This document shows positions 37,846 to 49,124 of a stretch of DNA of 64,000 nucleotides, in pieces. Source of the stretch: an uncultured Actinomycetes bacterium (lineage in GTDB: Bacteria; Actinomycetota; UBA4738; HRBIN12). The DNA lies in NCBI GenBank assembly GCA_963828885.1, contig CAWHGC010000010.1, positions 28,915-92,914 on the forward strand, read 5' to 3'. Each line of letters begins with the position of its first letter. Position 1 is the stretch's first letter. Both the position numbers and the translations under genes were made by a program. Below the pieces are notes generated by a model. That model was not told the DNA's origin and searched no databases. It was given only the letters and a program-made list of their open reading frames with translations.

Positions 37846-39217
37846 CTACGCGGTCAGCTCGCGCAGCAGCGCGGTGTACGCGTCCAGGTAGCGGTCCACG
37901 TCCTCCTCGGTCGCCGGCACCGAGCAGGTGGGACCGGCGCCGACGATCGCCTCCCAGACGCCGCGGTTCGCCAGGTAGACGCGCGCGGTGACGAGCAGTT
38001 CCACGTCCATCGTGGCGGAGGCTTCGACGAAGTTCCGCGGCATCGTCGGCGCGAACGTGACGCCGGAGCGCGGCCAGAACCGATGCGTGGTCCACGGCAG
38101 GCCGGCCTCGGCGATCGCCTTCTCGAGGCCGTCGGCGAGCCGCGCCCCGAGCACGTGCGTGTGCGCGTACGCCTCGTCGGTGAGGACCTCGCCCATGGCG
38201 GCCCGGGCGGCGGCCATCGACAGCGGGTTGCCGAACAGCGTGCCGCCGGTCGCGACGAGGCCTGCCTCGTCCTGCCGGCCGGACGGTCGCTCGAGCACGG
38301 CGGCCACCTCTTCGGTCATGCCGTACGCGCCGAGCGGCACCCCGGCGGCGATCGACTTGCCGACGGTCACGACGTCGGGTTCGAGGTCCCACATCCTCGT
38401 GAGGCCGCCGGGGCCGACCACCTGCGTGTGCGTCTCGTCGTAGCAGAGCAGGGTGCCGGTCTCGCGCGTGATCGCGCGGAGCTGCGCGTGGAAGCCCTCC
38501 TCGGGCAGCAGTAGCCCGACGTTGTTCGTCGGACCGGCTCGGTGATGACGACCGCCACGTCGCGCGGCTCGAGCGCAGCGCGGAGCGCCTCGGGGTCGTT
38601 GAACGGGACGAGCTTCGTGCGGTGCGTGACGTCGGCGGGCAGGCCGTCCTCCTCGGGCACGATCCGGCCGTCTGTCGTCCCGGTTCGACGAGCACGTCGT
38701 CGAAGTGGCCGTGGTACTTGCCCTCGAAGAACAGGACGTGCTCGCGGCCGGTCAGCGCGCGGGCCGTGCGGATCACCTCCGTGTTCGCGTTCGTGGCGGC
38801 GAGCGTGAACTGCCACTTCGGCAGTCCGTAGCGGCGGCCGAGCTCCTCGGCGACCCAGATCGCGTCCTCGTTCGGCAGCAGGAACTGGGTGCCCATCGCG
38901 GCGCGGCGAGCGAGTGCCTCGACGACGGGCTCCGGCGCGTAGCCGCAGAACATGCTCATGTCGGCGATGTTGAAGTCGGCGTACTCGTTGCCGTCCACGT
39001 CGCGGAAGCGCGCGCCGCGGCCCTCGGAGACGAACAGCGGCGGATGGTCGTAGGAGTTGCGGAGCCACGACATGGGCACGCCGTTGGGCATCGAGGCCTT
39101 CGCCTGCTGCCAGAGCTCGGCGCTGCGCGGGCGTGCCGCCACGAACGCGGCGTCCTCGCGCGCCTTGATCTCGCGGAGCTTCCCGCGGTCGATGTCGCCT
39201 GCGGCCGTGCCTGACAT
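37846..39217 (-). pseudogene. Class-III (PLP) aminotransferase, glutamate-1-semialdehyde aminomutase-like, two frame breaks (~38670, ~38535)
   Basis: MSGTAAGDIDRGKLREIKARED...FFEGKYHGHFDDVLVE / DGRIVPEEDGLPADVTHRTKLVPFNDPEALRAALEPRDVAVVITEP / LLCYDETHTQVVGPGGLTRMWDLEPDVVTVGKSIAAG. Confidence 0.8.
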
Positions 39218-39311
39218 GCGCGCATGATACGGGCGCGCGGCAGCCGTGTCGGACCCGGTGGCTACGGTCATCCGACATGCCCTCGTCGAGGGCCTTCCCT
39301 GGAGGTTGCGG

Positions 39312-40305
39312 ATGGACGGGATCGGGTTCGTGGTGCTCGCGCTGTTCATCGGGCTCGGCATCGGGCTGGCCGTCGTGGCGATCCGGCCGCGAGCGGAGGC
39401 CTCCGACGGCGGGGCGGTCGCCCTCGTGCAGGCGCGGCTCGACGCGCAGTCGGCGGAGCTGCGCCGGTCTGGCCGACGCGGCGGCGGGGCGCGATCTCAC
39501 CGGCGAGCAGCTGCGGAGCGGCCTCGAGGGTGCTCGCCGCGCGCTCGAGGAGCTGACAACCCGCGATCAGGAACGCCGCAGCACCGACGCCGAGCACCGC
39601 GAGGTCGTGCGGCGGCTCGCGACCGTGATGGCCGGCGGCTCCGGCACGGGTCGCGCGGGGGAGAACGTCCTGCGCGAGCACCTGTCGTCGCTGCCGCCGT
39701 CGATGCTCGCGACCGACTTCCGCGTCGGCGGCAAGGTGGTGGAGTTCGGCCTCGTGCTGCCGGACGGGCGGCGCCTGCCGATCGACTCGAAGTGGACCGG
39801 CCTCGCCGAGCTCGAGGCCCTCGAGGCCGCCGCCACGCCGGTCGACCGCGAGGCGTGCGCCCGCCAGGTGGAGCGGGCCGTCGCGATCCGCGCGCGCGAG
39901 GTCGCGCAGTACCTCGACCCGGCGCTGACGGCGCCCGTCGCCGTCGCCGCGATCCCCGACGCCGCCTACGGCGTGCTGAAGCGCGCGCACGCCGACGCGT
40001 TCTCGCACGGCGTCGTCGTGGTGCCGTACTCCACGGCGCTGCCGGTCGTGCTGTTCCTGTACGCGCTCGTGCAGCGCTTCGGCGACGCGGCCGACGTCTC
40101 CGCGAGCCTGGCCGAGGTCGGCACGCTGCTCGCCGCCATGGAGGGCGTGCTGGAGAACAAGTTCGCGCGCGCCGCCACCATGCTCGCGAACGGCTCCGAC
40201 GAGCTGCGTTCGCAGCTCGGCAAGGCGCGCGGCTCCATCGCGCGCGCCCACGCCGCCGAGGCGCTGCCCCGGACCGGCGAGGAGCCGCTCTCGATCGTGC
40301 GGTGA
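39312..40305 (+). pseudogene. rmuC: DNA recombination protein RmuC, one frame break near 39465
   Basis: MDGIGFVVLALFIGLGIGLAVVAI...LVQARLDAQSAELRR, then ORF 39277..40305: ...GRAGENVLREHLSSLPPSMLATDFRVGGKVVEFGLVLPDGRRLPIDSKW. Confidence 0.8.
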
Positions 40306-40323
40306 GCGCGTAGGCTGCGCCCC

Positions 40324-40669
40324 ATGGAGTTCGGCGAGGCGCTCGTCGCGAACGGCTTCCGCGAGATCGACGAGCGGGGCGTGGGATCCACCCGCAGCCG
40401 GCAGTTCGTGGCGACGCCGAACCGGTTCATGACGTACTCGATCCACGCGTACGAGGACGGCACGGCGATCTTCAGCTGGGAGTTCGCGATCGCCGACTAC
40501 CTGGCGGGCCACGCGATCCAGATCGGCTCCGACGAGGCGCTGAACCAGTTCATGTTCCCGCGCGAGGACGTGCGCGGCCCGCAGGACGCCGTGTGGCTCG
40601 ACAGCGTGATCGAACGCACCGAGCTCGAGCTGGCGTCGCTGCGGTTCGAGCAACCCGAACCCTGCCTGA
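40324..40669 (+). CDS. Hypothetical cytoplasmic protein; 3' end uncertain
   Basis: MEFGEALVANGFREIDERGVGSTRSRQFVATPNRFMTYSIHAYEDGTAIFSWEFAIADYLAGHAIQIGSDEALNQFMFPRED... After about residue 113 the open frame turns Arg/Ser-rich and overlaps the GH114 gene. Confidence 0.45.
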
Positions 40670-40711
40670 CCCGGTTCAGGGCGGAGGCGCCCTGCGGCCG
40701 ATACCTCGACC

Positions 40712-41549
40712 GTGGGTCGGCATTCGAGGATCGCCATCACGCTGTCGCTGGCCGCCGCGTTGGCCGGCGTCGCCGTGCCTCCGGCGAGCGCGTCGACAGG
40801 TGCGCCGATCCAGCATCGATCCCTTCCCGACCCCGGTGCCGTGCGAGGGCTGCTGGGCGCCCGACCTCGTCACGAGCTGGCAGTGGCAGCTGCAGGACGC
40901 CATCGACACGTCGGTCGACGTGCAGATGTACGACGTCGACGGCTTCGAGGTGTCGGGCGCCACCGTCCAGGAGCTGCACGACGCGGGCCGGGCGGTCGTC
41001 TGCTACATCAGCGCCGGCTCGTGGGAGAACTTCCGGCCCGACGCGAAGGACTTCCCGGATTCCGTGAAGGGCGCCAGCAACGGCTGGCCGGGGGAGCGCT
41101 GGCTCGACATCCGCAAGCTCCGCGTCCTGCGGCCGATCATGCGGGCGCGCATGGACATGTGCGAGGCGAAGGGCTTCGACGCCGTCGAGTTCGACAACGT
41201 GGACGGGTACCAGAACCACACGGGCTTCCCGCTGACCGGCGCCGACCAGCTCCGCTACGACATCTTCCTCGCGAACGAGGCGCACCGCCGCGGCATGAGC
41301 GCGGTGCTGAAGAACGACCTCGGGCAGGTCCGAGACCTGCTGCCGTACTTCGACGTCGCCCTGGACGAGCAGTGCTTCCAGTACCACGAGTGCGATCGGC
41401 TGCGGCCGTTCGTGGCCGCCGGCAAGGCCGTCTTCACGGTCGAGTACAAGCTGGAGCTCTCGGACTTCTGCACGCAGGCGGCCGACCTCGGCTTCAACTC
41501 GATGAAGAAGAAGCTCAGCCTGCGCGTCTGGCGCGACCCCTGCCCGTAG
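40712..41549 (+). pseudogene. Secreted endo-alpha-1,4-polygalactosaminidase-like glycoside hydrolase (GH114), one frame break near 40810
   Basis: Signal peptide GRHSRIAITLSLAAALAGVAVPPASAS, then ORF 40593..41549: TSWQWQLQ...YDVDGFE...CYISAGSWE...GFDAVEFDNVDGYQNHTGFPLT. Confidence 0.8.
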
Positions 41550-41575
41550 GTTCGACCCGCTGATCCGTGCCTCGG

Positions 41576-41610
41576 TTGCCGGTTCTATCCATCTTCTGCA
41601 TACTTATGCG
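41576..41610 (+). promoter_or_regulatory. argC promoter TTGCCG-17 nt-CATACT, overlapped by ARG-box-like palindrome TGCATActTATGCG (41597..41610), directly abutting ATG 41611
   Basis: Hexamers, spacing and dyad read directly. No SD before argC. Confidence 0.45.
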
Positions 41611-42670
41611 ATGGGCGCTGCCGTGACCGACGTCGCCGTGCTGGGGGCCTCCGGGTACGCCGGGGGCGAGCTGGTCCGCCTGCTCGGCCAGCACCCAGGC
41701 GTGCAGATCACGCATCTGGCCTCGCACGGCTCGGCCGGCAAGACGCTCGCCGACGTGCATCCCCACCTGGCCGGCACGCCGCTGGCCGGCACGGAGCTCG
41801 CGTCGGTCGAGGACCTCGAGGCCGTGACGGCCGCGGCCGGGTTCGCGTTCTGCGCCCTGCCGAACGGCGTCGAGCGGCTCGATCGTGCCGCACCTCGTCG
41901 AGGCCGGCCTGCGGGTGGTCGACCTCGCGGGCGACTTCCGGCTGCCGGCCGAGGCCTACCCGGAGTGGTACGGGTTCGAGCATCCCGCGCCGGCGTGGCT
42001 CGACCGGGCCGTGTACGGGCTGCCCGAGCTGTTCGCCGACACGATCGCCGGCGCGGAGCTCGTCGCGAACCCCGGCTGCTACCCGACGCCGGTCGCGCTC
42101 GGGCTCGCGCCGCTGCTGGCGCTCGGGCTGATCGCGCCCGGACCGATCCTCGTCGACGGCAAGACCGGGCTGTCGGGCGCCGGGAGGTCGCTGAGCGAGG
42201 CCGGCCTGTTCACGGCCACCGAGGAGTCGATCCGTCCCTACCGCGTGCCGCGGCACCAGCACACGCCGGAGATGGAGCGGTCGCTCACGCTCGCGACCGA
42301 CCAGGAGGCGCAGGTGCTGTTCGTGCCGCACCTCGTGCCGACCGTGCGCGGCGTCCTCACCACCTGCTACGCGCCCATGACCGGCAACGACACCACCGAG
42401 GAGCTCACGACCGTCCTGGCCGACGTGTACGCGGCCAGTCCCTTCGTGCGGGTTCTGCCGCCGGGCGGCATGGTCGACTCGAAGCGGGTCCGGGGCTCCA
42501 ACACGGTCGAGCTTCAGGTGGTCGCCGACCCCCGGACCGGCCAGGCGATCGTCGTCGGCGCCGTCGACAACCTCGTGAAGGGCGCCGCCGGGCAGGCGGT
42601 GCAGAACATGAACCTGATGCTGGGGCTCGACGAGGCCGCCGGCCTGCCGGCGACGGGGCTGTACCCATGA
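41611..42670 (+). pseudogene. argC: N-acetyl-gamma-glutamyl-phosphate reductase, one frame break near 41875
   Basis: VAVLGASGYAGGELVRLL...FCALPNG, then ORF 41885..42670: ...LVANPGCYPT...VDNLVKGAAGQAVQNMNLMLG. Confidence 0.92.
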
Positions 42671-43869
42671 GCGTCACGTACCCGCGCGGGTTCCGGGCGG
42701 CCGGCATCGCGGCCGGTCTCAAGCCGAGCGGCCGGCCGGACCTCGGGCTGCTCGTTGCCGACGAGGGCGCCACGGCCGCCGGGCTGTTCACGACGAACCG
42801 CGTCGCGGCGGCGCCGGTCGTGCTGGGTCGCGAGCGGCTCGCCGGCGGCGGCGCCGACGGCGGTGCTCGTGAACACCGGCCAGGCGAACGCGGCGACGGG
42901 GGAGCGCGGCCTCGCCGACGCGGCCGCCGCCACCGAGGCCGCCGCGGCCACGCTCGGGCTGGATCCGGCGGCGTGCTGCCGTGCTCGACGGGCGTGATCG
43001 GCGAGCCGATGCACATGACCGAGCTCCTGGCCGGCGCTGCCGGGCTCGTCGCCGTCGCTCGATCCGGACGGGCGGGCCCGCGTTCGCGACCGCGATCATG
43101 ACGACCGACACCGTCGACAAGCAGGCGACGGCCGACGCGCGGGCCGTATCGCGTCGGCGGCTGCGCGAAAGGCGTCGGGCATGATCAGCCCGAACCTCGC
43201 GACGATGCTCGTGTTCGTGACGACCGACGCCGCGGTGGCGCGGGACGATCTCCACCGGCTCGCAGCGGAGCAGCTCGGCCCACGGTTCAACGCGCTCACC
43301 GTCGACGCGTGCACGAGCACGAACGACACCGTGCTGCTGTTCGCGAGCGGCGCCGCCGGCGAGCCGGTCGCTGCCCGGCACCGCCGGCTGGGACGAGCTC
43401 GCGGCCGCGATCGGCGAGGTCGGGCGAGTCGCTGCTGCACCAGCTCGCCGCCGACGCCGAGGGGGTCACGCACGTGCTGCTCGTCGAGGTGCGGGCGCGG
43501 CGACGGAGCGCGACGCGCGCGCGCTGGCGAAGGCCGTCGCGGACTCGCCGCTCGTGAAGACCGCCGCGTTCGGCGCCGACCCGAACCCGGGCAGGATCCT
43601 GCAGGCGGTGGGCGCGGCCGGCGTGGCGTTCGATCCCGGGCGGCTGGACGTCGCGATCGGCGACGTCGAGGTCGCGGCGCGCCGGCGTCGATCCCGCCGG
43701 CGTACTTCGAGCCCGGCGGCGAGCTGCACGCGGCGGCGTCGACGGCGATGAAGGAACCCGAGATCGGCATCGGGGTGGACGCGTCGGGGACGGTCCGGCC
43801 CGGAGCCGGGCCCTCGGGTGCGACCTGTCGTACGAGTACGTGCGCATCAACGGGGAGTACACGACCTGA
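42667..43869 (+). pseudogene. argJ: Bifunctional ornithine acetyltransferase/N-acetylglutamate synthase, at least 5 frame breaks
   Basis: MSVTYPRGFRAAGIAAGLKPSGRPDLGLL... / VLVNTGQANAATGERG / PCSTGVIGEPM / FATAIMTTDTVDK / GMISPNLATMLVFVTTDA / ...CDLSYEYVRINGEYTT-stop, spread over three frames. Confidence 0.88.
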
Positions 43870-44765
43870 TGGCCGCCGAGCTGCCTCCGCAGATCCGCCA
43901 GCGCACCGTCGCGAAGGCCCACACCCTGATCGAGGCGCTGCCGTTCATGCGCGAGCATCGCGGGAAGGTGATCGTCGTGAAGGTCGGCGGCGCGGCGATG
44001 GACCGTGCGCCGCTCGCGAGGCCGTTCGCCGAGGACGTGGCGCTGCTCGTGCACGCCGGCATCAGCCCCGTCATCGTGCACGGCGGCGGCCCGCAGGTGA
44101 CGAAGGTCTCGCAGCGCCTCGGCATCGAGACCACGTTCGTCGACGGGCTGCGCGTGACCGACGCCGAGACGCTCGACGTCGCGACGATGGTGCTGGCCGG
44201 CACGCTGAACACCGGCGTCGTGTCGTCGCTCGTCACGCACGACGTGCCGGCGGTGGGGCTGAGCGGCGTCGACGGCGGCCTGCTGATGGCGCGCCGGCGC
44301 TCGGCGCCGGACCTCGGGTTCGTCGGCGAGGTCGTGCACGTGAACGCGGAGGTGCTGCGCACGCTCGTCGCGAAGGGCTTCGTGCCGGTCGTCGCGTCGA
44401 TCGCGATGGACGAGAACGGGCAGGCCTACAACGTGAACGCCGACGTGGTGGCGAGCGAGCTCGCCGTCGCCATGGAGGCGGAGAAGCTCGTGTACATCAA
44501 CGACGTGCCGGGGCTGATGGGCCCCGGAGGCGAGCTGATCTCGGAGCTGTCGGCGGCGCAGTGCCTCGACCTCCTCGGCCGCGAGGGCGTCGTCGACGGC
44601 GGCATGATCCCCAAGCTCGAGTCGGCCGTGAACGCGCTGAAGGCCGGCATCGCGCGCGTGCACCTCGTGGACGGCCGCGTCGAGCACTCGCTCGTGCTGG
44701 AGCTGTTCACGCCCGAGGGCGTCGGCACGATGATCACGCCGGACGCCGGCGAGGAGGAGCCGTGA
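43869..44765 (+). CDS. argB: Acetylglutamate kinase
   Basis: Intact: ...GKVIVVKVGGAAM...VIVHGGGPQV...YNVNADVVASELA. Met18 of ORF 43818..44765, TGATG overlap with argJ. Confidence 0.93.
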   Translation: MAAELPPQIRQRTVAKAHTLIEALPFMREHRGKVIVVKVGGAAMDRAPLARPFAEDVALLVHAGISPVIVHGGGPQVTKVSQRLGIETTFVDGLRVTDAETLDVATMVLAGTLNTGVVSSLVTHDVPAVGLSGVDGGLLMARRRSAPDLGFVGEVVHVNAEVLRTLVAKGFVPVVASIAMDENGQAYNVNADVVASELAVAMEAEKLVYINDVPGLMGPGGELISELSAAQCLDLLGREGVVDGGMIPKLESAVNALKAGIARVHLVDGRVEHSLVLELFTPEGVGTMITPDAGEEEP

Positions 44766-45953
44766 CCGTCCCCGCCGGCGAGGCCGCCGTCATGCCGACG
44801 TACGTGCGTTACCCGCTCACGCTCGTCCGCGGCGAGCGGCTGACGGTCTGGGACGACGAGGGCACGCCGTACCTCGACTTCGCCGGCGCGCTCGGCGCGA
44901 ACCCGCTCGGGCACGGCCACCCGGCGTGGAGGGCCGCGATCCACGAGCAGGTCGACACGCTCGACATCACGACGAACCTGTACTCCACCCTGCCGCAGGC
45001 CGACCTCGCGCGGCGGCTGGCCGAGCTCCTGCCGGTGCCCGACGCGCGCACCTTCTTCTGCAACTCCGGCGCGGAGGCGAACGAGGCCGCGCATCAAGAT
45101 CGCGCGCAAGCACGGTCTCGCCGCCGGGCGACCGGCGATCGTCGCCCTCGAGGGCTCGTTCCACGGCCGCACGGTCGCGGCCCTCGCCGCCACCGGCCAG
45201 CCGGCGAAGCGGGCGCCGTTCGAGCCGCTCGTGGACTGGTTCCGCTTCGTGCCGCCGAACGACGTCCGGCGCGCTCGAGCGCGAGCTCGGCGACGGCGAC
45301 GTCGGCGCCGTGCTGCTGGAGCCGGTGCTGGGGGAGGGCGGCGTGCGGCCGCTGACGCCCGAGTTCCTGCGCGCGGCGCGCGCCGGGTGCGACCGGCACG
45401 GCGCGATCCTGATCGCCGACGAGGTGCAGTCGGGCCTCGGGCGGTGCGGCGACTGGCTGGCGATCAGCCATGCGGACGTGGTGCCCGACGTCGTGACGCT
45501 CGCGAAGGGGCTCGGCGGCGGCCTGCCGATCGGTGCGTGCGTCGCGCGCGCCGACCTCGCGTTCGGACCGGGCGAGCACGGCTCCACGTTCGGCGGCGGC
45601 CCGATCCCGTGCGCGGCCGCCCTCGCGGTGCTCGCCGCCATCGAGGACGAGGGGCTGCTGGCGCGGGCCCGCGAGCTGGGCGGCCGGCTCCGCAACGAGA
45701 TCGCGCGCCTCGTCGCCGCCCGAGCTCGTCGCCGAGGTGCGGGGCCGCGGGCTCCTGCTCGGCGTGCAGCTCACCCGCCCCGTCGCGCACGAGGTCGTGC
45801 TGGCCATGATCGGCGAGGGCGTGCTGGCGACCGAGGCCGGCGCCGACGTCGTGCGGATGTCGCCGGCGCTCGTCGTCGAGCCCGAGGAGGTCGACGTGGC
45901 CGTGAAGGCGTTCGCGACCGCGCGTCCAGCACGTGGCGGAGGCGGCGCCATGA
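44762..45953 (+). pseudogene. argD: Acetylornithine aminotransferase, 3-4 frame breaks
   Basis: ...MPTYVRYPLTLVRGERLTVWDDEGTPYLDF...FFCNSGAEANEAA / IKIARKHG...SFHGRT / LLEPVLGEGGV...ILIADEVQSGLGRCG...LAKGLGGGLPIG / EVRGRGLLLG. Probable end ...VQHVAEAAP-TGA overlaps the argR ATG. Confidence 0.88.
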
Positions 45954-46430
45954 CCCGGACGAACGGCTCGGTGAAGTCCAAGCGGCAGCACGCGATCCTG
46001 TCGCTCGTCGCGCGCGAGCGGCTCGGCACGCAGGAGGACATCCGCGCCCGCCTGGCCGGGATGGGTCTGGAGGCCACCCAGTCGACGATCAGCCGCGACA
46101 TCGAGGAGCTCGGCCTCGCGCGCGTGCACGCGCACGACGGCGTTCGGTACGTGGTGCCCGGCGAGGGCGACGCGCCGGCGCCGCTGCCGCATGCTGCAGC
46201 ACCTGCTCGACGAGTTCGCGCTCTCGTTCGCGCGCGCGAGCGCCGGCGTCGTGATCCGGACGCCGCCCGGCGCGGCGGCGGCGCTCGCGGAGAGCATCGA
46301 CCGCGTCGGGTTCGCCGACGTGGCCGGCACGATCGCCGGCGACAACACGATCCTCGTCCTCGGCCGCGAGGGCGTCACGCCCGACCGGATCGAACGGTCC
46401 CTCTCACAGATCATGGAGGCAACGACATGA
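45950..46430 (+). pseudogene. argR: Arginine repressor, one frame break near 46190
   Basis: MTRTNGSVKSKRQHAILSLVARERLGTQEDIRARLAGMGLEATQSTISRDIEELGL, then ORF 46191..46430: ...VVIRTPPGAAAALAESIDR...GTIAGDNTILV. Confidence 0.88.
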
Positions 46431-47617
46431 AGCGCGCGGTGCTCGCCTACAGCGGCGGACTCGACACGTCGGTCGGGATCCACTGGCTCACCGACCAGGG
46501 GTACGAGGTGCACGCGGTCGCGGTCGACGTCGGCCAGCGCGAGGACTTCGAGCCGATCGTCGCCCGCGGCCGCACGGCCGGCGCCGCCGACGTGCGCGTG
46601 GTCGACGCGACCGACCGATTCGCCGCCGAGTACCTGACGCGCGCGATCAAGACGAACGCGCTGTACGAGGGCAAGTACCCCATGGTGAGCGGCCTCGCGC
46701 GCCCCTGCATCGTGGAGGAGGTCGTGCGCGTCGCCCGCGAGGTCGACGCGCAGGTCGTCGCGCACGGCTGCACCGGCAAGGGCAACGACCAGGTGCGGTT
46801 CGAGGTGACGTTCGGCGTGCTGGCGCCCGACCTCGAGGTCCTGGCGCCGATCCGCGACGCGAACATCCCGCGCGACAAGGCGATGGCGCTGGCGGCGGAG
46901 TGGGGCATCCCGATCGCGAACATCGTGAGCAGCTACTCGATCGACGAGAACCTGTGGGGGCGCACGGCGGAGTGCGGCGTGCTCGAGGACCCCTGGGTGG
47001 CACCGCCCGAGGACGCCTTCGACCGGACGGCCGCCGCCGCCGACCGGCCGACCGAGCCGGCCGAGGTCGTCGTCACGTTCGACCGCGGCCTGCCGGTCGC
47101 GCTCGACGGCGAGACCCTGCCGCTGCCGGCGCTGATCCGCTCGATCGACGCGCTGGGCGGCAGCTACGGCTTCGGCCGCGTCGACATGATCGAGAACCGG
47201 CGCGTCGGCATCAAGTCGCGCGAGCTCTACGAGGTGCCGGGCGCGCTCGCGCTCATCACGGCGCACCGGGCGCTGGAGGACACGACGCTCGAGCGCGACC
47301 TCGCGCACCACAAGCCGCTGATCGAGCAGCGGTGGGCGGACCTCGTGTACGACGGGCAGTGGTTCAGTCCGCTGCGGCGGGCGCTGGACGCCTACGTCGA
47401 CGCGACGCAGACGCACGTGACGGGCGAGGTCCGGCTGCGGTTCGAGGCCGGCTCGTGCACCGTCGTCGGCCGGCGGGCCGAGCGATCGCTGTACGACCTG
47501 TCGCTCGCGACCTACGGCAGCGACGACGCGTTCGACCAGTCGCACGCGGAGGGCTTCGTGAAGCTCTGGGGCCTGCCGCTCAAGGTGTGGTCGTCGGTGC
47601 AGGGGCACGAGGAGTGA
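46427..47617 (+). CDS. argG: Argininosuccinate synthase
   Basis: Intact: MKRAVLAYSGGLDTSV...AHGCTGKGNDQVRFE...ENRRVGIKSRE. Confidence 0.95.
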   Translation: MKRAVLAYSGGLDTSVGIHWLTDQGYEVHAVAVDVGQREDFEPIVARGRTAGAADVRVVDATDRFAAEYLTRAIKTNALYEGKYPMVSGLARPCIVEEVVRVAREVDAQVVAHGCTGKGNDQVRFEVTFGVLAPDLEVLAPIRDANIPRDKAMALAAEWGIPIANIVSSYSIDENLWGRTAECGVLEDPWVAPPEDAFDRTAAAADRPTEPAEVVVTFDRGLPVALDGETLPLPALIRSIDALGGSYGFGRVDMIENRRVGIKSRELYEVPGALALITAHRALEDTTLERDLAHHKPLIEQRWADLVYDGQWFSPLRRALDAYVDATQTHVTGEVRLRFEAGSCTVVGRRAERSLYDLSLATYGSDDAFDQSHAEGFVKLWGLPLKVWSSVQGHEE

Positions 47618-49022
47618 GCTGGGCGGGCGGGGCAGGCGAGACCGGCCGCTCTGGGCCGGGCGGTTCGCGGCGCCGCCGGCGCCGGAGGCGCACGCGCTCG
47701 GCCGCTCCCTGCACTACGACGTCCGGCTGGCCGCGCACGACGTCCGGGCCGGCATCGCGCACGTGGGCGCGCTCGAGGCCGCCGGCCTGCTGAACGGCGG
47801 AGGACGCCGCGCGACTCGGCCGGCGCTCTCCGCGAGGTCGGCGCCGCGATCGCCGACGGCACGTTCGTGTTCGACGACGCCGACGAGGACGTGCACTCGG
47901 CGATCGAGCGCGGCGTGACGGACCTGCTCGGCGACCTCGGCGCGCGGCTGCACGCCGGCCGCAGCCGCAACGACCTCGTCGTGACGGACGTTCGCCTCTG
48001 GCTGCTCGAGGCCGGCCGCCGCATCGACGGCCTGACGGCGATGCTCGTGCGCACGCTCGTGGCGCGGGCGCGGGAGCACGCCGAGACGATCGTGCCGGGC
48101 ACGACGCACGCGAGGCTCGCGCAACCCGTCACGCTCGGCCATCACCTGCTCGCGCACGCGTGGGCGCTGGCGCGCGACCTCGAGCGGTTCGGCCAGTGGT
48201 CGGTGCGCACGGCCGTCAGCCCGCTCGGCGCCGGCGCGCTCGGCACGTCGACCCTCGGGCTGGATCCGGCCGCGACGGCGGAGCGGCTGGGCCTGCCGGC
48301 CGCGTTCGCGAACTCGATCGACGCCGTGAGCGACCGGGACTTCGCGCTCGAGTTCCTGCGGCCACGCGTCGATCCTCGCCATGCACCTGTCGCGGCTGGC
48401 GGCCGACCTCGCCCGGTTCACCGACGAGTCGCTCGGGTGGGCGGAGCTCGACGAGGGCTACGCGACCGGGTCGAGCATGATGCCGCAGAAGCGGAACCCC
48501 GATACCGCCGAGCTCGCTCGCGGGAAGGCCGCGCGCGTGGCGGCCGGCCACGCGCGGCTGGCCGCCGTGCTGCAGGGGCTGCCCCTCGGGTACCACCGCG
48601 ACCTCCAGGAGGACAAGGAGCCGCTGTTCGACGCGGCCGACACGCTCGAGCTCGTGCTGCCGGCGCTGATCGGCGCCGTCGAGACGATCCGGTTCGACGC
48701 GGAGGCGATGCGGGGCGCCGCCGACGCCGACGGGCTGTACGCGACCGACGTCGCCGAGGCGCTCGTGCTCGAAGGCGTGCCCTTCCGCGAGGCCCACCGC
48801 CGCACCGGCGAGCTGCTGAAGGAGCTCGCCGCCGCGAAGCGCTCGATGCGCGACCTCACGGCGGAGGAGTGGACGGCGTTCGGTGTCCCGAACGGCGCCT
48901 CGCTGCTGGACGCCGACCATGCCGTTCGTGCGCGCGGGGGCGCCGGCGGCCCCTCGCCCGAGTCCGTGCGCGCGCAGGCCGACGCGCTGGACGCCCTGCT
49001 CGGCGCACGCCGCCCGGCGTAG
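47614..49022 (+). pseudogene. argH: Argininosuccinate lyase, at least 3 frame breaks
   Basis: LWAGRFAAPPAPEAHALGRSLHYD... / HAGRSRNDLVVTDVRLWL...PGTTHARLAQP... / ORF 48381..49022: GSSMMPQKRNPDTAELARGK. Confidence 0.9.
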
Positions 49023-49036
49023 CATCGAACCGTACG

Positions 49037-49074
49037 TCGAAGGAGCCGAACACGAGCGTGTCCGGCTCCTTCGT
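49037..49074. terminator. 17-bp stem (one mismatch), 4-nt loop, between convergent argH and the SHOCT gene
   Basis: tcgaaggagccgaacac-gagc-gtgtccggctccttcga read directly. Confidence 0.7.
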
Positions 49075-49124
49075 CGAGTTCTGAGATGCCTTCCGTGTTC
49101 GCAGCGGGTCCGCCGCGTCCCGGT

